Positions 8,516-16,098 of a stretch of 21,476 bases of DNA are shown piece after piece (positions within the stretch are counted from its first letter, which is position 1; each line of letters starts with the position of its first letter). The stretch is from IMG/VR virus record IMGVR_UViG_2526164632_000013. One strand, given 5' to 3'. The position numbers were made by a program, and so were the translations under genes. This DNA is from a virus. Taxonomy: Duplodnaviria; Heunggongvirae; Uroviricota; Caudoviricetes. The notes beneath the pieces are model-generated. The model saw only the letters and a program-made list of their open reading frames with translations. It did not search any database and was not told where the DNA came from.

Positions 8516-8963
8516 GAATCCTCCCGGCCGGGATAATATTGTGAGTAAAATGAGGAGCGGGCTGAAGTCCGGAAGTTACAGGACAATGGCAGAAGAGAGA
8601 CAACAGCCCGCAATACGAAAAAGGCCGCGCTATTGCGCAGAGTGATTACTGTCGGATATTATTCGCCAGCTGAAATATTACTTCACGTTTTGTTGTTTAT
8701 TCCTTGCCGCCCGCGTCTCCCAGCGCGGGCTTTTTTTGTCCATAAGAAAGCCCCTCCGGAGAGGGGCTGGAGAGTGGCGCTATGTGCCATTGCATGGTGC
8801 CGGGTGCCTCCCGGTGAATTCAGTACCAGCACCTGAATCCGCGATTATCCCATATACCTACTCGCTGATTGCCCCTCCGCACAGGGGGATTCACCATGCC
8901 AGTTTCTTTTAACAAACTCCCCGCAAAACAGACAACTGTCAACCGTCTGAATTGTGAGACATT

Positions 8964-8988
8964 TAAAAAAAAGCCCGCAAAAGCGAGC
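8964..8988 (-). terminator. Rho-independent terminator immediately after the tRNA cluster
   Basis: Minus-strand GCTCGC-tttt-GCGGGC followed by TTTTTTTT. Confidence 0.6.
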
Positions 8989-9003
8989 CAGGGAAAATAA
9001 GTG

Positions 9004-9080
9004 TGGCGCGTTGTACTGGATTCGAACCAGTGACCGATTGCTTAGAAGGCAATTGCTCTGTCCGGCTGAGCTAACAACGC
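9004..9080 (-). tRNA. argO: tRNA-Arg (anticodon UCU)
   Basis: Manual fold: acceptor GCGTTGT/ACAACGC, anticodon stem ATTGC/GCAAT, loop CTTCTAA (anticodon TCT), T-arm GGTTCGAATCC, discriminator G, CCA encoded. Symbol assigned by position, following the ileZ-argN-argO order of Stx-phage late regions. Confidence 0.85.
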
Positions 9081-9093
9081 ATGATGCAGATAA

Positions 9094-9170
9094 TGGACCG
9101 CCATCGGGGACTTGAACCCCGCGCAGCCAGCTTCGAAGGCTGGCGCTCTTTCCTGATGAGCTAATAGCGG
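9094..9170 (-). tRNA. argN: tRNA-Arg (anticodon UCG by manual fold)
   Basis: Acceptor CCGCTAT/ATGGCGG (one G-U pair), anticodon stem CCAGC/GCTGG with loop CTTCGAA (anticodon TCG), T-arm GGGGTTCAAGTCCCC, CCA encoded. Symbol by position only. Confidence 0.75.
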
Positions 9171-9177
9171 TATGTGA

Positions 9178-9253
9178 TGGTGGCCCTTGCTGGATTTGAA
9201 CCAGCGACCTGGCGATTATGAGTCGCTCGCTCTCACCACTGAGCTAAAGGGCC
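9178..9253 (-). tRNA. ileZ: tRNA-Ile2 (anticodon CAU, AUA-reading ileX/ileZ-like)
   Basis: GGCCCTTTAGCTCAGTGGTGAGAGCGAGCGACTCATAATCGCCAGGTCGCTGGTTCAAATCCAGCAAGGGCCACCA is near-identical to E. coli ileX as recalled; anticodon loop CTCATAA. Confidence 0.85.
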
Positions 9254-9293
9254 GGGAGCCGCATAATAACGACGCGTAATTAATTCTTCAATA

Positions 9294-10352
9294 TCATCCG
9301 TTCTGGCTGACTAAATCCTGTACTTCCCGAACCGTCTGCTCAAAACGTTCAGTCTCCAGCTCAACGCCAATTGCACGACGCCCGAGCGCCAGTGCCGCTT
9401 TCACTGTCGAACCCGACCCCATGAAAAAATCTGCAATCAGGTCACCCGGACGACTGCTAGCGCTGATTATCTGCTGCAGCATTTCTGCCGGTTTTTCGCA
9501 CGGATGTTTCCCGGGATAGAACTGCACCGGTTTATGCGTCCACACATCGGTATACGGCACCTGCACCGTCACGCCAAAATACCGCCGCAGATGCTTATAT
9601 TCACTCAGCAGTTCCATATACTGCCGGTTCAGCTCACTGTATGTGCTGACCAGTTGGTAATGGGACTTTTCCAGTTCTCCCCGCTGATGTTTCTCTTCTG
9701 CCACCCGGGCAAACAGCGACTGTAATTTCAGATAATCGCTTTCGTTCGGTAGCTGCCACTGACTGGCACTGAACCAGTGCGACACCATGTTTTTCTTTCC
9801 TGTGGCATCTGCAATCTGTTTTGCCGTTATCCCCAGGGCCGCGCGCGCATCACGAAAGTAAGAAATCAGCGGGGCCATCACATGCTGTTTCAGTGCACTG
9901 CCCTTCGCCGCATACCCGGCATCTTTCGGACGATACGGCCCCTGATAATGTTCCGCGAACAGAATGCGCTCTGTGGCGGGGAAATACGCCCGCAGGCTTT
10001 CCTTGTTGCATCCGTTCCAGCGTCCGGACGGCTTCGCCCAGATAATATGGTTCAGCACACTGAAGCGTTCACGCATCATGATTTCGATATCAGATGCCAG
10101 GCGATGACCACAGAACAGGTAAAGACTTCCGGCAGGTTTCAGCACCCGCCAGAACTGCGCCAGACACTGGTCCAGCCACTTCAGGTAATCATCGTCGCCC
10201 TTCCACTGGTTATCCCAGCCCTCGGGCTTCACTTTAAAGTATGGCGGGTCTGTGACTATCAGATCGACAGAGTTTTCCGGTAAGGTCTGGATAAATTCCA
10301 GGCAATCAGCGTTGATTAACTCACAACTGGATATTTTTACAGCATTAGCCAT
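9294..10352 (-). CDS. Orphan DNA methyltransferase, beta-class amino-MTase (probably N6-adenine)
   Basis: 352 aa; motif IV IVTDPPYF near the N-terminus and motif I FFMGSGST near the C-terminus (CcrM/RsrI-like order); no adjacent restriction endonuclease candidate. Confidence 0.85.
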   Translation of the reverse strand: MANAVKISSCELINADCLEFIQTLPENSVDLIVTDPPYFKVKPEGWDNQWKGDDDYLKWLDQCLAQFWRVLKPAGSLYLFCGHRLASDIEIMMRERFSVLNHIIWAKPSGRWNGCNKESLRAYFPATERILFAEHYQGPYRPKDAGYAAKGSALKQHVMAPLISYFRDARAALGITAKQIADATGKKNMVSHWFSASQWQLPNESDYLKLQSLFARVAEEKHQRGELEKSHYQLVSTYSELNRQYMELLSEYKHLRRYFGVTVQVPYTDVWTHKPVQFYPGKHPCEKPAEMLQQIISASSRPGDLIADFFMGSGSTVKAALALGRRAIGVELETERFEQTVREVQDLVSQNG

Positions 10353-10490
10353 AGATCAATAAGCACTTCTCTGATAGGCTCATACCGCTTTTGCGCAAAG
10401 CAGATGGGCCTGAGGTTTGCTTGTGACCCCAACGCATGAGCAGATGGCTGGCAGGTGCCGCTAACACCCACCAGCCGCCCATTACCACAA

Positions 10491-10516
10491 ATAAAAAAGC
10501 CTTCACTGAGGAAGGC
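10491..10516 (-). terminator. Rho-independent terminator overlapping the stop of the small ORF
   Basis: Minus-strand GCCTTC-ctcagt-GAAGGC followed by TTTTTTATTT; the TGA stop of ORF 10503-10823 lies in the loop. Confidence 0.5.
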
Positions 10517-10823
10517 GTCTGTAACAACCGAACTGATAATCTGCCAGACCCGCCATAACAAGCTGGGTCAGTATTAACTGGCAGCGTTCGCGTGAAAGAT
10601 AAGTGTTCTGCGCAATTTCCCCGGCGGTCGCCGGTTCGGTGACGCTTAATTCATTAAACACCACTCTGGCGGTTTCGGTCATATCCTGCTGTTTTAGCAT
10701 GCCTTTTTCCATTTTCCGGTTAACGTGACATACCAATAACTCTTGTCGAAAAAGCCAGCAAGTTGAAAGACCGGTATTAGCAACCACCAGCGCGTTTAAC
10801 GCCCCGTGCCGTTTTTCAGTCAT
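10503..10823 (-). CDS. Hypothetical small protein, possibly a winged-helix DNA-binding protein; start uncertain
   Basis: 106-aa ORF bracketed by two terminators; the C-terminal half (...ATAGEIAQNTYLSRERCQLILTQLVMAGLADYQ) looks HTH-like. The first ATG lacks a Shine-Dalgarno and abuts the upstream terminator T-run; an internal start (MEKGM.../MLKQQ...) is possible. Confidence 0.4.
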   Translation of the reverse strand: MTEKRHGALNALVVANTGLSTCWLFRQELLVCHVNRKMEKGMLKQQDMTETARVVFNELSVTEPATAGEIAQNTYLSRERCQLILTQLVMAGLADYQFGCYRRLPQ

Positions 10824-10848
10824 AAAAAAACCCGCAAAAAGCGGGCTC
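10824..10848 (-). terminator. tR'-like terminator about 80 nt downstream of the Q-like gene
   Basis: Minus-strand CCCGC-ttttt-GCGGG followed by TTTTTTT; position matches the Q-antiterminated terminator of lambdoid late operons. Confidence 0.6.
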
Positions 10849-10924
10849 TTTCAAATGTCCATGTCTGCTATTCGCCTCGCGGTACAGCTTTGCGAAGCTT
10901 ACCGGAATTGAAGCAGTTTTTACG

Positions 10925-11491
10925 TCAAAAAGCAATAACTTTTTTCTCTATACCAAAAGCCATAACCATTGGTTTGTACAAAATAAATTCTGCCACCTTT
11001 AGCCAATGCTCAATGCGTCTTTCACAGGTTCTTAAACTCCATTCCGGATGTGCATCATTCAGCAGTTCAGCCATTTTGCGCTTAGTCATCCCCCGCCCCA
11101 CATAACGCTGACTCAGAACATTGAGCAGCCCGGGATAACCTGCCAGTACTTCACCAATAACCCTGTCGATTATTAACGCCTCTGAATCGGTACAATGTGC
11201 CAGCCAGCTTTTTTGATTGCCGTTGATCATATCCCGCAAAAAAGCCTCAAGTTCAGGTTTGTCCAGACCCGCTTTTTTCATCCTCCGGAGCGCCTCGTTA
11301 ATTGCCGTTTTTGTCAGCTTTTTAGAGGTCAGTAATTGGTTGAACATATTTCCCGTCTTACCGTCGCCAATATACGACCAACGCCCCCACATACGCAGTT
11401 TCCCCTGGATCCAGACACTTTCCAGCGTTTTCAGGCGTAAATGCTCACCGCTTTTGCCTGTAATTTCCGGGTATATCATATTTATGCTCAC
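10925..11491 (-). CDS. Putative late-gene antiterminator Q (Q82/QuuD-like)
   Basis: 188 aa from a GTG overlapping the rusA stop (or 184 aa from the ATG at 11479); a MWGRWS motif reminiscent of the RWGAWA motif recalled for phage 82 Q; sits between rusA and a tR'-like terminator. Confidence 0.6.
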   Translation of the reverse strand: MSINMIYPEITGKSGEHLRLKTLESVWIQGKLRMWGRWSYIGDGKTGNMFNQLLTSKKLTKTAINEALRRMKKAGLDKPELEAFLRDMINGNQKSWLAHCTDSEALIIDRVIGEVLAGYPGLLNVLSQRYVGRGMTKRKMAELLNDAHPEWSLRTCERRIEHWLKVAEFILYKPMVMAFGIEKKVIAF

Positions 11492-11847
11492 TCACTTTCA
11501 ATTTTGTAAATCTTCACGCCCAGCCGCCCACCAGAAACGAGCTGACCGCGCACAATATTGATTTCATCAAACTGCTCGTCGTCTATAAGTAGTCCGGCAT
11601 GCGTAAGCGCATCCAGTGGTGCCTTCAGGATATTGTCCAGGTCGCGGCGGCGCTTATCCGGTGGCTCTGCAATAATCTTTATCGCCAGCCTTCCGGACAG
11701 GTTTAATTTCAGCCGCTGCTGGCGAACAATAAGTGCCACATCCCGGCGATAACGCTCACCGGCTTTTGACACAAAATATGTGCTGCCACGACGTCGCCAG
11801 TAGGTGTTCACCGTCGGCGGGTAAGGCAAAACAAACTCTATACGCAT
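11488..11847 (-). CDS. rusA: Holliday-junction resolvase RusA
   Basis: 119 aa, MRIEFVLPYPPTVNTYWRRRG...PDKRRRDLDNILKAPLDALTHAGLLIDDEQ, close to E. coli RusA including the DxDN catalytic region; AGAGG Shine-Dalgarno. Confidence 0.9.
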   Translation of the reverse strand: MRIEFVLPYPPTVNTYWRRRGSTYFVSKAGERYRRDVALIVRQQRLKLNLSGRLAIKIIAEPPDKRRRDLDNILKAPLDALTHAGLLIDDEQFDEINIVRGQLVSGGRLGVKIYKIESE

Positions 11848-11859
11848 CAGTAACCTCTT

Positions 11860-12909
11860 TTACCCGAGCACGCCGGTTGCAAAGGCGCGATCAAGAAAAC
11901 GAAAAATTAAATCAATCTGGGAACCATGCTTTTCTTCAAATGCCAGCGGATCAGCATGAAGTTCGTTGTGATGCTCCCGGCACAACGGTAGCGTGAAAAT
12001 ATCGTGGGCTTTTGTCCCTATTCCGCCCTGACCATGACCAATCAGGTGATGGGGATCGTCGGCTGGCTTACCACAACACGCACACGGCTGTGTCTTTACC
12101 CAGCGCGTATATTTCTCATTTACCCAACGGCGACGTTTAGGTCGCTTCATTAAAGATTCCGGAGACTCCGGATCAACAGCAATGCTGACCACCGTCTTTT
12201 CCTGTGGCGGGTTCTGTTGCTGGTGGGCGTGAGGCAGCGGCGCAAGATTTTTTGTGCGCTGTTTCAGTATGCTGGTGGCGGTCTGCTCTCCCGGTACGAT
12301 GTCGCTTTCACGGTACATTGAGCGGATTTTTTCCGCACGCAACCCCAGCGAACGACGTAATACCGCTTCCGGTAGCGCGTCCGCCACCTGATTGCGGATC
12401 GCCCACCAGGATAATTCAGCCAGCGATAATTCCCGTTCCTGCGAGCCATTCATTGCATGGCGTATGACGTCAATCATCCATGCAGACAGGTTTTGGTGAG
12501 CAAGTTGCCCGAGTGATTCGGAGGTCTGGTCGCGCAGCTGGTTGTCGCAGTGCCAGCACAACACCATTGCGCCGGTACCATAACGATGTATGACGGTTTC
12601 ACTGTGATGGTAGTCACCATGAGGCCACTGGCAGGATTTGACATGACGCAGGAGCCAGTCAGACAGTGCGCCAGCGCCGCCAGCAGCACGAATCACACGC
12701 TCATCGCTGAAAAATGGCAGTAATGATTTATCCTCCGCCAGCGGCTGGCGAACGGCAGGGACGACTCCGGACGGCAGACCGCGCATGCTTTTCGGTTCCG
12801 GCTCCACCAGCACCCTGCCGCAATGAAAAACCGGCAGTGATTCGCGACCGGGCTTAAGGACCACCAGCCCGAGTTCCGGTACCAGAACAGGTCGAAGTAA
12901 TACCCGCAC
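11860..12909 (-). CDS. DUF968-family prophage protein (YdfU-like)
   Basis: 349 aa, the same length recalled for K-12 Qin YdfU; Cys/His-rich C-terminus (CACCGKPADDPHHLIGHGQGG...CREHHNELH); GTG start with GGAGG Shine-Dalgarno. Confidence 0.75.
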   Translation of the reverse strand: MRVLLRPVLVPELGLVVLKPGRESLPVFHCGRVLVEPEPKSMRGLPSGVVPAVRQPLAEDKSLLPFFSDERVIRAAGGAGALSDWLLRHVKSCQWPHGDYHHSETVIHRYGTGAMVLCWHCDNQLRDQTSESLGQLAHQNLSAWMIDVIRHAMNGSQERELSLAELSWWAIRNQVADALPEAVLRRSLGLRAEKIRSMYRESDIVPGEQTATSILKQRTKNLAPLPHAHQQQNPPQEKTVVSIAVDPESPESLMKRPKRRRWVNEKYTRWVKTQPCACCGKPADDPHHLIGHGQGGIGTKAHDIFTLPLCREHHNELHADPLAFEEKHGSQIDLIFRFLDRAFATGVLG

Positions 12910-12910
12910 G

Positions 12911-13189
12911 TTACCTCCAGATGCGTTGCTGGAATGTGCGGGACAGACGCGGTGGGCGTTCGGAGTAAGGAAGCCCGACGGAGATTATCCAGTGACGGTA
13001 GTCGAGGCTAAGGGCTTTTTTAACCTCGCATCCGCGCCTGCGGTAACACTGAATGAGCCATTCGGCCTGTTCTTCAGTGCATGGGGGATGCTGGTACCAG
13101 TCTGACTTAAATGCGTGAGAATACCGCTCGTGCGTGTGGGCAAGAACGGTCGAATTATCATGATTGTAATATTTTGCGTTGCGTGCCAT
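12911..13189 (-). CDS. Hypothetical nin-region protein
   Basis: 92 aa; GGAGG Shine-Dalgarno 6 nt upstream of the ATG; its stop is close to the downstream gene start. Confidence 0.6.
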   Translation of the reverse strand: MARNAKYYNHDNSTVLAHTHERYSHAFKSDWYQHPPCTEEQAEWLIQCYRRRGCEVKKALSLDYRHWIISVGLPYSERPPRLSRTFQQRIWR

Positions 13190-13255
13190 CGGTTTCCTCC
13201 GGCGGCACGGTGTTACTCAGCGGGAGTTCAGCCCCGCGCAAGATTGTAGATGAGT

Positions 13256-13507
13256 TTATTCTTCTGAAAAAGCAGAAAAGCCAGCTTTTATTCCGATCTC
13301 TTTCAGTGCCTGTAATGAAGTGACAAACTCACCTTCGCGCAAGATAAATCCGTCTGTCACTCGACCATCCACAAAATTAATTAACGCAGCCCCATTCTTT
13401 CGCAAACACACAATGCGGTAATGACTAACAATATTTCCATTTTCAACGCACACAGCATAGAGGCCATCTTCACAAAAAATTTTACGCAGTTCTTCGATGT
13501 TCATCAT
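13256..13507 (-). CDS. Hypothetical protein, Rem-like by size and position
   Basis: 83 aa, directly downstream of hok as rem is downstream of hokD in K-12 Qin; GGAAGGA Shine-Dalgarno. Family not confirmed by sequence. Confidence 0.55.
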   Translation of the reverse strand: MMNIEELRKIFCEDGLYAVCVENGNIVSHYRIVCLRKNGAALINFVDGRVTDGFILREGEFVTSLQALKEIGIKAGFSAFSEE

Positions 13508-13610
13508 CAGAATCCTTCCGGATAATTAGCTCTCCCCTTTAAGGGACCATCCCTCTTATCCCTGCGCGCTACTTAAGTATTTTTGATTCTATTCCGACAC
13601 CGTCCAGAAC

Positions 13611-13646
13611 TTCAAATGCGTTGAAAATAAAAACAAAAACCCGCCG
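13611..13646 (-). terminator. Rho-independent terminator of the hok transcript
   Basis: Minus-strand AACCCGC-ttcg-GCGGGTT followed by TTTTGTTTTTATTTT. Confidence 0.6.
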
Positions 13647-13723
13647 AAGCGGGTTAAGTGCGGGTGCGTTGAGGATGCCTGACACATCAGCGGTGGCGAG
13701 GGATTTCTCCCCCGCCTGGTCTC

Positions 13724-13879
13724 TTACTCCTCAGGTTCGTAAGCTGTGAAGACAGCGACCTCCGTCTGGCCGGTTCGGATTCGTACCTCGCAGAGGTCTT
13801 TCCTCGTTACCAGTGCCGTCACTATGACGGTTAAACAGATGACGATCAGGGCGATTAACATCGCCTTTTGCTGCTTCAT
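13724..13879 (-). CDS. hok: Hok/Gef-family type I toxin (HokD/RelF-like)
   Basis: 51 aa MKQQKAMLIALIVICLTVIVTALVTRKDLCEVRIRTGQTEVAVFTAYEPEE, the Hok family signature; AAGGAG Shine-Dalgarno. An in-frame upstream ATG (13936) with its own Shine-Dalgarno gives a 70-codon mok-like frame. Confidence 0.85.
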   Translation of the reverse strand: MKQQKAMLIALIVICLTVIVTALVTRKDLCEVRIRTGQTEVAVFTAYEPEE

Positions 13880-14090
13880 AGCCTGCTTCTCCTTGCCTTT
13901 CGGCGCGTAAGAGGCTAACCTACGTTTGTGAAGCATAGATTGGGCCTCAGATTAATGTTAAGCGTCTTGCAGGACGCGTAATGTTAACTGGGGCTTTTCT
14001 CTGTCTGCCTTACGGTGGCATGCCCGAGGCAGACAGCCTCAAGCACCCGCAGCAATTCTACTTAACTCCCGTCACCTCGCCAATATAAAA

Positions 14091-14180
14091 TCAATCAGAA
14101 AGGCGATCCATAAGAACAATAGCAAGACAATAAATTGCCACTACAGCCGCAATAGCCAGCGCGCATTTGAGAACCAGCAC
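14091..14180 (-). CDS. 29-codon hydrophobic ORF with strong RBS (hypothetical small membrane peptide)
   Basis: AGGAGG then 5 nt then GTG; (M)LVLKCALAIAAVVAIYCLAIVLMDRLSD; 70 nt downstream of the SIR2-like gene on the same strand. Not in the ORF track (under 60 aa). Confidence 0.35.
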   Translation of the reverse strand: MLVLKCALAIAAVVAIYCLAIVLMDRLSD

Positions 14181-14250
14181 GATAACCTCCTGTATTGGAC
14201 GTACACCAGCTCTGATAAATATGAGGCTGCCTCTTTAACTTCGCATTGCG

Positions 14251-15282
14251 CTACCAATCAATAAAATCAGTGATGTTATCCAACCTAATTACAGTAACTT
14301 CCCGTCTCAACTGGTTTTTCCAATATATCTCACGAGCGTTTTGTTCACCAGCACCGCTCCACTCAATTACTCTTAAAGGCTTAGAGGTTAGGTAAGGTCG
14401 AATAAGCAGGTTAAGGTGAATATCGAGACCAGAGTAACCAAACAATATTATTTCTTCTGATTCAAATAATGCAAACTGCAAATAATCCCAGTACGTAGAA
14501 AGAACATTAGATGCTGCTATAACTGACGGTTTTCTTTTTATATGAGTTAACACTATATGCTCACTAGGTTCATCTATGTCAAGAGTAAGTTGTGAGCGTG
14601 AAAGTTTTAAAACATTTTCATGCTGATTAATAAATAGTGGTGAACCATGCAAGTGCAAATAATAACCAAACCTACGATTGTATTTCCGTTCGAGCGCTGC
14701 AGAGGAAAATCCGTGGCTTAGCATCCCATCAACTAAAACCCCATCATACCCGTTGAATATATCATTATCTATGAATGAATTGTATAATAATTTGTCATAG
14801 TTTAATGTCGCGATATGTGAGTGTGTGTTCTTTACAAACTCCACAAGCGCATTTTCGAATCTTTGTGGCAAACCTTTATCGTAATTATGCAACCTGGTTG
14901 CAACTTTGTGAATATAAGTGGCGGTAATTTTGGGGAAGTTTAGTCCATCTTCAGTAAGCCAATGCACGTTCCCCTCTCCAATTTGAGCAAGAGCTTTACA
15001 ATATGTGACAGCCTGGTGAAGGGTATCCAACTCATGTTCTCCTTCTGGTGGACCTTGCCGCTGAAGACAACGCTCGATAAGTTGCTTGTGGATATCTTTT
15101 AAAAAATTGGGGCGATGCCAAATTTCTTCCAACGCTCTGTCTAAGGAGAAGTGAGCAGGATCTAAAGCCATACCGAGACCGTTGCCGAATATTATTAATT
15201 TTCTTGCCATATAGGGGGACTCATATTGGAATAACGCTGGATAGCGTCGCGCGATACGCTTAAGTTTAGGATTAATAGACAT
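14251..15282 (-). CDS. Standalone SIR2-like (SIR2_2-type) protein, candidate NADase defence effector
   Basis: 343 aa with the ordered motif set of defence-type SIR2 domains as recalled from ThsA: IIFGNGLGMA (Gly-rich NAD loop), IATLNYDKLL (TNYD-type, putative catalytic Asn161), YYLHLHGS (putative catalytic His212), ILFGYSGLD. No other domain. The gene and its 370-bp upstream region are visibly AT-rich compared with flanking phage genes (not computed). Confidence 0.8.
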   Translation of the reverse strand: MSINPKLKRIARRYPALFQYESPYMARKLIIFGNGLGMALDPAHFSLDRALEEIWHRPNFLKDIHKQLIERCLQRQGPPEGEHELDTLHQAVTYCKALAQIGEGNVHWLTEDGLNFPKITATYIHKVATRLHNYDKGLPQRFENALVEFVKNTHSHIATLNYDKLLYNSFIDNDIFNGYDGVLVDGMLSHGFSSAALERKYNRRFGYYLHLHGSPLFINQHENVLKLSRSQLTLDIDEPSEHIVLTHIKRKPSVIAASNVLSTYWDYLQFALFESEEIILFGYSGLDIHLNLLIRPYLTSKPLRVIEWSGAGEQNAREIYWKNQLRREVTVIRLDNITDFIDW

Positions 15283-15650
15283 TCCGTTTGATTACTCTTG
15301 TTATTACAAACTTGCATGCAAAGAAGCCCAAGCTGTTAGGTAAACAGAGACCGCAGTGGCAAGATAATCTAGATATAGCCTATAAAATCCAACAACAAAT
15401 AGCGGCCTGTTTTCTATGACTTTTCTTTTCCCTAAATATCGCTTATCTAATAAAATGCAATAATGTATTGCACAGTATTTAATGTGTATTAATATAGATA
15501 AGTATTGGTCTTATTTGATAACAAATCCTGAGCCTCAAAATGTCTGCTTTTCACACAAAACCAACAAGTAGGCTATTTTTAGCTCTGTGCCGCGAAAATG
15601 TCAATTCATATCCGAACCAATACTCTTTAATTTCATTACCTGTGACAATT

Positions 15651-16058
15651 CTAGGCATATCCCTGATAGAACGCCAATACACGCTGCATAACTTCGCTCT
15701 TCCGGCACTCGCGACAGATTATGTTCATACGCCTGTCGTAGCGGCGTATTTCTCCGTCGGGTAATGTCCAGATAAGGCCCGGATCAACCACAACAGGTTT
15801 CTTCACCTTTGCCCTCGAGAGTTTTTTGCGGGCGTTTTGCCAGTCCTTACGAGCCCGTTCTGACGGGAACACCCCATAGCCAGAGTGATATACATCACCA
15901 CTGGCAACCAGCTCTCTGGCAAGAACGCTCATCAGATATCTTGTCGCACCTGTTTTAGCTTCCAGTTGCCGTAACGTCTCACGACCGCTCTGGCGCACGA
16001 GTTCCACCACCTGTCCTTTAATTTTTTCCCGCTCTTCCTGTGTAAATACTTTTGCCAT
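15651..16058 (-). CDS. Hypothetical protein downstream of the replication initiator
   Basis: 135 aa; AGGAGG Shine-Dalgarno 4 nt upstream of the ATG; basic, with a CRECRK motif. Not recognisable as a helicase loader. Confidence 0.6.
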   Translation of the reverse strand: MAKVFTQEEREKIKGQVVELVRQSGRETLRQLEAKTGATRYLMSVLARELVASGDVYHSGYGVFPSERARKDWQNARKKLSRAKVKKPVVVDPGLIWTLPDGEIRRYDRRMNIICRECRKSEVMQRVLAFYQGYA

Positions 16059-16098
16059 AAGTCCTCCTGAACATTACTTTATGCCCTAAAATCACCAC

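Noticed and set aside
7138-8613. Several track ORFs nested in or antisense to the esterase gene (for example 8194-8613 minus, 7212-7487 plus, 7603-7947 plus)
   Set aside because: All lie within the long, motif-bearing 620-aa NanS-p-like frame and are alternative-frame artefacts of a GC-rich coding region.
8516-9003. Possible Shiga toxin (stxAB) genes between the tRNA cluster and the esterase gene, their usual site in Stx phages
   Set aside because: Only 488 bp of non-coding, hairpin-rich DNA is present; no ORF of the required size on either strand.
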